From positions 1 to 64,000 of IMG/VR virus record IMGVR_UViG_3300047539_000078: a DNA stretch of 64,000 bases, one strand, 5' to 3'. This document shows, in pieces, positions 9,964 to 17,753 of the stretch; the first letter of the stretch is position 1, and each line of letters starts with the position of its first letter. This DNA is from a virus (taxonomy: Duplodnaviria > Caudoviricetes). A program made the position numbers and the translations under genes. Below the pieces are notes generated by a model. It worked only from the letters and a program-made list of their open reading frames with translations, made no database searches and was not told the DNA's origin.

Positions 9964-10775
9964 CTATCGGGAACGATATCCTTGAAGCTTCCCGGATTAG
10001 ACCAAAGCCAAATTTTGGGGGCAACCACTATCTCCGCGTTTCCCAACCAAGCGCCCCACCACCCGAATGTGCTGTTGGGAATGATGGCATTCTTGCAAAG
10101 GGACATCAGCCAGATGTCCTCGTGCTCCTGTCCGGGACCGCCCGCCTTGGTTCCCGGCTTGTTGTGCCCGACGACTTGGCAATCCGTGAAGTTGGCTCGA
10201 CACCACTCGGGATCGTCCGAAAAGACGAAGAAGCTGGCGTCCGAAACCCGTTCGCGGATGTAATTCATCGCTCTATCATAATACCCTAAACCGAGGTTTC
10301 CGTGGATTTCAATTGACTGCGGCAGCGTATAATCCGTTCTGCGGACGTGGATGAACGTGCTCCCGGTCGATGCCGCAATCTTTTCGGCAACCTCAAGCGT
10401 TTGCGTACTTGGCGGGGCTTGAATTTTCAGCTCTTCTCTGACAACGGGGGCGTTGAAGTACTTCTCCGTCTGGAAGCAGCCCTCGAAGTAGCAGCCTTGG
10501 GGCGTGTCGTACACCTCCCGGGTGTAGCAAAATGCACCATCGCCTTGGTTCTTTTCGGCGTAAAACAGACCCTGTCTTTGCAGTGTGGTACGATCAACGT
10601 CAATCCATTTGACCTTGACGTTGAAGGCGTCCAGTGAGTACACTCTCTGGGCGTCGTATTCCGGGCCGAAGCAGTCATGGAAGAACGTGTCCTCGCCCTT
10701 GGCGATGGAGACCGAGCGTGCAAAACTGTAGCGAAATAGCTGATTCCCAACTCCGCCATTCAAGCACATTATCAT
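9948..10775 (-). CDS. Alpha-1,2-fucosyltransferase (GT11)
   Basis: GGVGNQLF, FQTEKYF, HVRRTDY, FSDDPEWC, NSTFGWWGAWL. Confidence 0.92.
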   Translation of the reverse strand: MIMCLNGGVGNQLFRYSFARSVSIAKGEDTFFHDCFGPEYDAQRVYSLDAFNVKVKWIDVDRTTLQRQGLFYAEKNQGDGAFCYTREVYDTPQGCYFEGCFQTEKYFNAPVVREELKIQAPPSTQTLEVAEKIAASTGSTFIHVRRTDYTLPQSIEIHGNLGLGYYDRAMNYIRERVSDASFFVFSDDPEWCRANFTDCQVVGHNKPGTKAGGPGQEHEDIWLMSLCKNAIIPNSTFGWWGAWLGNAEIVVAPKIWLWSNPGSFKDIVPDRWVRI

Positions 10776-10777
10776 AG

Positions 10778-11557
10778 CTAATTCTCCAGTTTCGTCCATC
10801 GCCCCGGGACGATGTCTTTTGATTCGGCACCGCCTGTAAACCAAAGTCTCGGGGCAAACACGAGTCTGTCCTGCTGCATGTCCCCCAACCAAGCGCCCCA
10901 CCACGAGAACGAGCTGTTTGCTATCGCCCCGTTGTGGCAAAGGCTCATCAGCCAGATGTCCTCGTGCTCCCGCCAAGGCGTATCTCTGTTGGTCTTGTTA
11001 TGGCTGATTACCGTGAAATCCGTTGGAAAATTCGCTTGGCACCACTCTGGATCGTCCGAAAAGACGAAGAAGCGTGCGCCTTCATGCTGTGCCCGGATGC
11101 GTTCAATCGCTTCATTATAATACCGCATGGACGGCATGCCGTGAACCTTAAGGTTGTAGTCGAACACGTAGTCGCCTCTGCGCACATGGAGGAAGGCGCT
11201 CGCCTTGCCCGCTTTGGCGATGGCGTCCGCGATTTCCTCGGATTTGTCCGACAAACCGCCCTTGAGCGTGAATTCCCGGCGCACCATCTCGCTGTCGAAA
11301 TACTTTTCCGTCTGCCAATACCCCACGAACAATGTGCCGTAAGGAGCACGATACACCCGTTCGTCGAAGCAGTTGATGTCCCCGAACGGCTGCCCGTATT
11401 CGCGTGAGAGTTTGATCGGTTTTATGTTGAAGCCGTATAGGCGGTCGACTTCCGGACGGCTGTAGGAGACTTCTTCGTTTCGGACGGCGCTCACCGATTC
11501 GCCGAATACATACTGGAACATCTGGTTGGCGAGTCCTCCGTGCAGCCGAACTACCAT
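10778..11557 (-). CDS. Alpha-1,2-fucosyltransferase (GT11), second copy
   Basis: GGLANQMFQY, GYWQTEKYF, HVRRGDY, FSDDPEWC, NSSFSWWGAWL. Confidence 0.93.
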   Translation of the reverse strand: MVVRLHGGLANQMFQYVFGESVSAVRNEEVSYSRPEVDRLYGFNIKPIKLSREYGQPFGDINCFDERVYRAPYGTLFVGYWQTEKYFDSEMVRREFTLKGGLSDKSEEIADAIAKAGKASAFLHVRRGDYVFDYNLKVHGMPSMRYYNEAIERIRAQHEGARFFVFSDDPEWCQANFPTDFTVISHNKTNRDTPWREHEDIWLMSLCHNGAIANSSFSWWGAWLGDMQQDRLVFAPRLWFTGGAESKDIVPGRWTKLEN

Positions 11558-12267
11558 GGTTGCCCCTTTCTGTAACTTTCGTACATCCAGGATGGGTTGA
11601 AACCCACGCTGTTCGGCCAAGTGTAGCGGGTTCTGCCCCAAGTGCAATGGTGCCAGACTACGTAGTCGTTGAACGGCGCTGCCGCCAACCCCTTCAATTC
11701 GCCGGATGCGCACAAGGGACCCAAGATTATCCCTATGCTGACATCCTCCCCGTAATTCGGCGGCGGGTCGCTCATCTTGGAGATATGCCCAGCCGCTTTT
11801 CGGGAAAGGAAGTATCCGGCTCCTCCAGACGCATAGGCCCATGCCGTCACGACGCCCAATCGGCAATCGTTGAAATTCGGAATTTGGGTGCCCGGAGGAT
11901 ATCCGTTCCCGAAGTACCCCAAGTAATCATACCCCTCGAAGCCGCATGCGAGAAGCCGGTCGGGCTTAACATACGTGTCCACGTCGCAAAAGAATGCGTT
12001 ATCATAGCCGTTGGCGACCACCCAGCCAGCCATTTCCCGGGCCTTGAGGGGAAGCGCAACGAGGTCGTCCCCTATGTCAAGGCGGACCTCGTCCCCCTGC
12101 AACTGCAGGGCGTTGTTGCCTCTGCCGATGAAGAATCTAACGTCGACGGTCATGTCTTTCCCGGCAGTAAACTGCGGGAAGTCCTTGCCCCAAGTCTCCC
12201 GGATGGCTTTGTGGCAGCCGTTCAACATGTCCCGCTCACAGCTTTTGATCGCGACGACGATTCTCAT
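11551..12267 (-). CDS. GT31/Fringe-like glycosyltransferase
   Basis: AIRETW, FFIG, LPLK, CDVDTYV (DxD), YASGGAGYFLS, EDV. Confidence 0.8.
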   Translation of the reverse strand: MRIVVAIKSCERDMLNGCHKAIRETWGKDFPQFTAGKDMTVDVRFFIGRGNNALQLQGDEVRLDIGDDLVALPLKAREMAGWVVANGYDNAFFCDVDTYVKPDRLLACGFEGYDYLGYFGNGYPPGTQIPNFNDCRLGVVTAWAYASGGAGYFLSRKAAGHISKMSDPPPNYGEDVSIGIILGPLCASGELKGLAAAPFNDYVVWHHCTWGRTRYTWPNSVGFNPSWMYESYRKGQPW

Positions 12268-13007
12268 AGATATCTCCGCTTCAGGATTTCGTACAAGCAA
12301 TCGGGAGGGTACTGGGCATCCTTGTCCCGCCCATTCCGCCGCCACAGCTCGTTCCAAAAATGAACGGCTACGGTCTCATCCGGGAAATTGAAGGAAACAC
12401 CGGGATCAAGAACGCTTCCCCATTCGTCCCCCTTGACCGGACAGAATACATCGGGCGGCTGTATGTATCGCTGCAAGCCTTGGGGATAAACGACCTCCAC
12501 CAGCAAACCGGGTCCGGCGAAACCCCACTTGAGCGTGGCCGAGTCCATTTCCTTGCAATAAGACCAGCATTGTCGCATCGCGGCGCTGTTCGCAGGGGCT
12601 TTCACCGCCGCATTGTTCGGGCGGTATCTCCCCTCGTTTTTCCCGTCCTTCCACAGCGTACCGCTGGAGAACACGTATTCTGATGGAAAGTCGAAAGGCT
12701 TGAGGCAGACGGTGTCCATGTCGACCCACCAGCCGCCCTGCTCGGATAGCAGCTTCCATCGGAAGAAATCCGCGAAGCCTGCATATGTCGGGTAGTCTTC
12801 GTACTGGAAAATCGACTCGCGAGGCAGGATTTCATTGGCATTGAGCAGGGTGGTCCCGGCTGGAATGCCCTCCACTTGCAAATTCCCGTGCTCATCCCCA
12901 TAGGTGTACAGGCGGAATTTATGACCATGATGCAGGTGGGATGCTATGCACAACCGCTCCAGTGTCGACAGTCGCGGTCCGACCCACAGGCTTTGCATGA
13001 TTTCCAT
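12264..13007 (-). CDS. GT32-like DXD glycosyltransferase (alpha-1,4-type)
   Basis: SLWVG, LCIAS, ADFFRW, GGWWVDMD, GPGL, VHFWNE. Confidence 0.85.
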   Translation of the reverse strand: MEIMQSLWVGPRLSTLERLCIASHLHHGHKFRLYTYGDEHGNLQVEGIPAGTTLLNANEILPRESIFQYEDYPTYAGFADFFRWKLLSEQGGWWVDMDTVCLKPFDFPSEYVFSSGTLWKDGKNEGRYRPNNAAVKAPANSAAMRQCWSYCKEMDSATLKWGFAGPGLLVEVVYPQGLQRYIQPPDVFCPVKGDEWGSVLDPGVSFNFPDETVAVHFWNELWRRNGRDKDAQYPPDCLYEILKRRYL

Positions 13008-13703
13008 TCAATTCGCCCCGTACAAATCTTGGTGCATCTTGTAATGTTCCAGCTTTAATTCCTCGCGGAAGCTGTTAGCACCGTCAAGCTTAGAGGAAGA
13101 CTTGATGCGGTGGTAGAATAGGGGTTCGTTCACGGCAGCCGCCCGCCACCCAAGCTTCATAATACCAACCCAAAGCTCCCAATCCTCAAAAATGGAGATT
13201 TTATTCCCGTTTCTCTCGATGAATCTGGTCTTGTAGCCGCCAGCCTGCTCGAACGCCGTCCGGCGGATGAGAGAACAGACCGGAAGCAGGTTGTCCCGCA
13301 TCTCGTCTTTCAGCGTCAACCCCAGCGGCGGGACTCTGGTGCTGCCGAGGTCGAAGTACTGCATGTCCGTCGCCACGATGCCAACTTTAGGGTCGGACAT
13401 GAACGGAAGTGTGCGCTCAAGGTAGTCCGGTGTGATGTAGTCGTCGGCATCAAGCGGAAGAAAAAATTCGCCGGAAGCGACCTTGAAGCCCGCATTTCGA
13501 GCGGCGGCCAATCCCGCATTCTCTTGATTTATGAGAATGACGTTTGTGCACATCGACAATATGCGCCCCACCGAATCGTCCGTGGAGCCGTCGTTAACGA
13601 CTATGACCTCGGTGTCGCCATGCGTCTGGTCCAGCGCCGAATCAATCGCATTGCAAACGTATTCCTGCTGATTGTAGCAAGGGATCACTATGCTCGCTCT
13701 CAC
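13008..13703 (-). CDS. GT2 glycosyltransferase
   Basis: SIVIPCYN, VNDGSTD, NAGLAAARN, LDADD, EDWELW. Confidence 0.92.
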   Translation of the reverse strand: MRASIVIPCYNQQEYVCNAIDSALDQTHGDTEVIVVNDGSTDDSVGRILSMCTNVILINQENAGLAAARNAGFKVASGEFFLPLDADDYITPDYLERTLPFMSDPKVGIVATDMQYFDLGSTRVPPLGLTLKDEMRDNLLPVCSLIRRTAFEQAGGYKTRFIERNGNKISIFEDWELWVGIMKLGWRAAAVNEPLFYHRIKSSSKLDGANSFREELKLEHYKMHQDLYGAN

Positions 13704-14437
13704 AGCGCATCCTTGGAAAGCTCATGGCATTTGTCCATCCATGACGGATTGTACCCGGAGCGACCGCACCCCAAGTGCACCGTTATGGCGTCGCCTACAA
13801 GGTGGTTGCCCATGAATAAATAGCGGGGGTTGTGGTATCCACGCATACCCATGGGGAAGAGCACGTTCGGAATCCACAAATCCTCCGAGGGGATGCCGTT
13901 GTTGTCGAGCCGCAGGTTGTCCTGCGGGGCGGCGACCATCGCTTCCAGGGCGCGTTTGCTCAGGTAATATCCCGCTCCTCCGGAGGCGTAGATGTATTTG
14001 CCTCGGCCATCGGCAGCCGGTGGGACGGGACCTTCGGGTGTCTGGTGGTGCCGGAAGCCGGGTCCGGTCCCATCGGGGATATATGGGAAATACCCGATGT
14101 AGTCGTACTTCTCGAACCCGCTCGACATGAATCTCTTGGGGGAGACGTAGGTATCACTGTCCAGTTTCAGCATGCCGTCGTAGCCGTGTTCAAGCGCCCA
14201 TTTTTTCATCGCTTGGGACTTCTCGCAAAGACCCTGCGTCCAGGGGCCGTCCGGCGCATCCAGTTGAACCTCGTCGGGAGCCAAATCTCGCGTGCCCTGA
14301 CCCATGAATATCTTGTAGTCCAGCCCCGGCACCATGTGGGCCGCCCAAGTGCGGCGTATGGTGTCGTGCGAGCCGTTCTGGGCGTCGGGAATGCAGGACA
14401 TGACACCTATCAGCACTTTACTCATGCGCCTATCCAA
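13700..14437 (-). CDS. GT31/Fringe-like glycosyltransferase, paralog of 11551..12267
   Basis: IRRTW, KLDSDTYV, YASGGAGYYLS, EDLW, YNPSWM. Confidence 0.8.
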   Translation of the reverse strand: MDRRMSKVLIGVMSCIPDAQNGSHDTIRRTWAAHMVPGLDYKIFMGQGTRDLAPDEVQLDAPDGPWTQGLCEKSQAMKKWALEHGYDGMLKLDSDTYVSPKRFMSSGFEKYDYIGYFPYIPDGTGPGFRHHQTPEGPVPPAADGRGKYIYASGGAGYYLSKRALEAMVAAPQDNLRLDNNGIPSEDLWIPNVLFPMGMRGYHNPRYLFMGNHLVGDAITVHLGCGRSGYNPSWMDKCHELSKDAL

Positions 14438-15198
14438 TCATTGATTCCCTCTTTTTTCAGCATGATCGTATGTCCCGTGGCGAAAGCGCGTCTGCGGAAT
14501 CCCCCGTAGCGCGGGTCCTGTACATTGGGTCCAAAACCCAATGAAAGCGTGTTTATGTTGAAACCCGGCATCCACACCGTTGTCTTGCCCGCTTTCTTCA
14601 TGTGCCAGAAGAACTGGCCGTGCTCGCCCCCGATGGGTCGGACATCCTCATCCCACGGCACCTCCAGCAGGGTCGCCGTGCGTGCGAGGAACACGTTCAC
14701 CGTCAGGTCGCACTTCTGGTAGTGATAACCGTCGGGCTTGATGCGGTGCTCCTGGATGATGTTCGCCTGTGCATCGTATTCCAAGTTGGATTCATAGGGG
14801 TTGTTATTGCACCGACCGCCGACTAGGTCGATATCCGGATTGGTGTCCAGCAGCAATGTCGCAGCCTCCAGTCCTTCCTTGAACTGCGGCGTGGAAAAAT
14901 CGAAATCATCCGACCCGCAGAACCAGTAGGGGGTTACGGTGTTTGCCACGATTGCATTGCGCTTGACCGTCAGGCCGACATCGAATGGATTGCACAGAAA
15001 ACTCCAAAGTCCCGATCTGGAATTCTTATGGTCTTCTGCCACGCTGATTGTTGCTTTGGCGCACAAATCGTTGTCGGAGTCATCGGCTATGATTACCCGG
15101 CATTCAGGGAATTTATTGGCGATGCCTTCCAGGCAGGCTTTCAGGTAGCCCGGGCGAAGCAGGGATGTGATCCCGATTGTCACATCGCTTAGAGTCAT
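14422..15198 (-). CDS. GT-A glycosyltransferase (GT2/GT12 B4GALNT-like)
   Basis: VTIGITSLLRP, IIADDS, GL..KRN, DDFDF, CD..VNVFLART, EH..FF. Confidence 0.75.
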   Translation of the reverse strand: MTLSDVTIGITSLLRPGYLKACLEGIANKFPECRVIIADDSDNDLCAKATISVAEDHKNSRSGLWSFLCNPFDVGLTVKRNAIVANTVTPYWFCGSDDFDFSTPQFKEGLEAATLLLDTNPDIDLVGGRCNNNPYESNLEYDAQANIIQEHRIKPDGYHYQKCDLTVNVFLARTATLLEVPWDEDVRPIGGEHGQFFWHMKKAGKTTVWMPGFNINTLSLGFGPNVQDPRYGGFRRRAFATGHTIMLKKEGINDWIGA

Positions 15199-15854
15199 AG
15201 GTCTCCGCCCGTGATCTGCACGACCGTATCGTAAGGCACGCCCATGTAAGAGCTTGTGATGTGCTTGTGGCAGTCGTTTTGGGGGTGGATCGCAGCAACT
15301 AAGAGACGAGGCAAATCCTTGATGTCGCACCGTGCATCCTTCGGGATTTTCATGAGCAGGCGGTTGTCCGCCCCAGGCTTCGGGTCGTTGTCGAACCGTA
15401 TGGACGCCCAGGATGACCGGCGAAGCGCGATGGCACCTATCCAGGGAACTTGCTTGGACTGGTAGAGGTATGCTACCTGTTTCCCGGTGTCATAATAATA
15501 GAAGTTGCTGAGACCGGACACTTGGAAGCTTGGGTTGGCGATGAGGGGTTCTACCTGAAGCCGCACGCGGTCGGGGGCGTACCAATCGTCGTCATCGAAA
15601 ATGATGCCGTACTCCCCTGTGGCGAGCTCGAAGCAGTGATCCATCTTCGGGCCGTGCGCACGCTTCGGGGAAGTCTGATGATACTTGATCCGGGGATCAT
15701 CGGGGAGGATGTCCTTTATGGGGTCGGTTCCGTCGTCTAAAATCACCCATTCCAGATTGGGGTAATCCTGTGACAGGAAGCATCTTATCGCCCGTGGGAA
15801 GAAATGGCGGCGGTTGTAGGTTGGCGTGATGCACGACACGAGCGGAGAATCCAT
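15195..15854 (-). CDS. GT2 glycosyltransferase
   Basis: PLVSCITPTYNR, SQDYPNLEWVILDDG, FDDDDWY. Confidence 0.9.
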   Translation of the reverse strand: MDSPLVSCITPTYNRRHFFPRAIRCFLSQDYPNLEWVILDDGTDPIKDILPDDPRIKYHQTSPKRAHGPKMDHCFELATGEYGIIFDDDDWYAPDRVRLQVEPLIANPSFQVSGLSNFYYYDTGKQVAYLYQSKQVPWIGAIALRRSSWASIRFDNDPKPGADNRLLMKIPKDARCDIKDLPRLLVAAIHPQNDCHKHITSSYMGVPYDTVVQITGGDL

Positions 15855-15879
15855 GTCTAATAATACCGCCCAAATAGAT

Positions 15880-16161
15880 TTATTGCACGCTTTGCGCTTG
15901 AGGATATAGTTGGCCGGTCGCCGGGACCGTGATATATATCCCAAAACACACGAGTACTGAGTCGATCTCGGAGATTTCCATGTTTGATCCCGAAAAGTTG
16001 TTGTTCCCCATGTTCATCGTCAGCGAGATGATTTCGCTGTTTGATCCCGAAAAGTTGTTGTTCCCCATGTGCGTCGTCAGCGAGATGATTTCGCTGTTGT
16101 GACCGCTAGTGTTCCCGCCCGCTGGGGATTGCGCTTCAAAGCTAGTGTATGGTCCTGGCAT
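15880..16161 (-). CDS. Small hypothetical protein with internal repeat
   Basis: 93-aa ORF abutting the structural operon; SEIISLT..MGNNNFSGSN occurs twice. Confidence 0.6.
   Translation of the reverse strand: MPGPYTSFEAQSPAGGNTSGHNSEIISLTTHMGNNNFSGSNSEIISLTMNMGNNNFSGSNMEISEIDSVLVCFGIYITVPATGQLYPQAQSVQ
15981..16094. repeat. 57-bp tandem duplication (2 mismatches)
   Basis: 15981-16037 versus 16038-16094. Confidence 0.93.
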
Positions 16162-16164
16162 GAT

Positions 16165-17301
16165 TTACTCGTAACGCATCAGGATTGCACTGGCTGATCC
16201 GGCGGTAGTGAAGCGCCCGATGGTCGGAAAAGCGGTTCCCGTCTTTGTTGCAAGGTATGTGTGATTTGATCCGTAAATGCTCACGGTGACGGTTGCCCCT
16301 TCTCCTACATCGGCCCCCACGCAGCAGCCGAAGCCAAGCATCGGATTCCCGAGGAAGCCTACAAGAGGCCAAACGGGCTGTGAGGCGGTGGTGCCGTTGA
16401 AGTTTTCCGATGCCGAACCGGCTGATGCACAGAACGTTGACCAGTTGGTGTCCGTCGCCGCAGCCAAATTCCCTAAAATAGCGGATTGATACAAGCTGGT
16501 GGCAGTGGCGGCGGTGGAACAGGACAGGAAGGAGAAATAAGCCGTAGCCGGGGGACTTCCCGTCGTCGTTATTATGTTGCCGTTGGAGTCCTTGCCTCGT
16601 TCTATTCCGAAGATGGTGCCAAGCGTGGCGCTGCCCTGCCACAACAAGAAGCGAATTTCCCCGGCGTTCCCCGAGGCGAAGCACGGGATTGTGGTACCAC
16701 CGTTGCTAGCATAGTTGGTGTTCGTGATGTTGTAAATGGCGTTGCTGTGCATCGTCGTACCGGTGATCGTTCCGGTTCCGTTCGAGGAAGTTCCGATGAG
16801 GAGCTGGATGGAAGGACCGGCGGTCGTGCCGTACTCCATCTTGATGAAGATGGGGGTTAGGACTGCCCCGGCGTCGTTGGCCTGCCAGATTTCGTAGTAC
16901 GCATTTACGCTGGTGGGGGTCGCCACTACCTTGGTGACCACGCCCGTTCCGCCCGAACCCACGTTCACACCGGAGGCATTCACGGCGGTAAATGTGCCCA
17001 CGCCCAGGGACGTGATTACGAAGGTTCCGTTGTTGCCGACGTTGCCGCTCGTCCATCCCGTGACCGTCAGAGCCCGACCCGTGGCGAGGGCCAGACCGGT
17101 TAGGCCTGAATAGGTGCACGTCATGTTGCTGCCGCTCATGGCGACAGCCGTAATGTTCAGGCCCGTCCACATAATCTGGCCGGTGTCAGCGGTTTGCAGC
17201 CAGCCGAAAGCCTGGAACGCCGTGGAAATGAACGTCGCCCACGCGACGAAGTTCGCCAAAGTGCTTGTGTCGCAGGGTTGGTTCGATGTCTGTGTTGCCA
17301 T
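16165..17301 (-). CDS. Putative virion structural / fibre-associated protein
   Basis: T/G/S/A-rich 378 aa from MATQTSNQ; lies within the tail operon. Confidence 0.6.
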   Translation of the reverse strand: MATQTSNQPCDTSTLANFVAWATFISTAFQAFGWLQTADTGQIMWTGLNITAVAMSGSNMTCTYSGLTGLALATGRALTVTGWTSGNVGNNGTFVITSLGVGTFTAVNASGVNVGSGGTGVVTKVVATPTSVNAYYEIWQANDAGAVLTPIFIKMEYGTTAGPSIQLLIGTSSNGTGTITGTTMHSNAIYNITNTNYASNGGTTIPCFASGNAGEIRFLLWQGSATLGTIFGIERGKDSNGNIITTTGSPPATAYFSFLSCSTAATATSLYQSAILGNLAAATDTNWSTFCASAGSASENFNGTTASQPVWPLVGFLGNPMLGFGCCVGADVGEGATVTVSIYGSNHTYLATKTGTAFPTIGRFTTAGSASAILMRYE

Positions 17302-17303
17302 TT

Positions 17304-17753
17304 TTAGCTCTCCGTCTCTACATATGTGAGTGTGATAGTCACTGCTTGGGACGCAGCGACGTTCGTGATTTTGTAGTAAATCGTGCCGGAAGGCACTGAA
17401 TCCGCGTTGAACCCGGGTGCCGCAGGGCTCATCGTCCAGGTGACCGGCATAGTCCCGCTCGACACCTGAACGTCGCAGCATAATCCGTTCTGTGCGTATG
17501 CCGTCGGAAGGGTGCCCCACGCCCGCGACGCATCGGCAACTTGGAAGGCCGAAGTAGAGTAAAGCTCGACACGAGCATTGCAGGAGAACGTGATTTGGAG
17601 CAGGGTGAAACTCTGCGTCAGCGTCACGCTGCCCGACTGACTCGCGTTCGTGGCTAGAACGCTTGTCGTGATCGTGGCCGTCGTGCGAGCTGGGACAGCC
17701 CCACCGCCGCCTTTTCCGGGACTGTTGATGACACTTCCCGCTGGTGTGATCAT
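17304..17753 (-). CDS. Putative virion structural protein
   Basis: T/S/A/V-rich, beta-type composition, tightly coupled to neighbours. Confidence 0.55.
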   Translation of the reverse strand: MITPAGSVINSPGKGGGGAVPARTTATITTSVLATNASQSGSVTLTQSFTLLQITFSCNARVELYSTSAFQVADASRAWGTLPTAYAQNGLCCDVQVSSGTMPVTWTMSPAAPGFNADSVPSGTIYYKITNVAASQAVTITLTYVETES

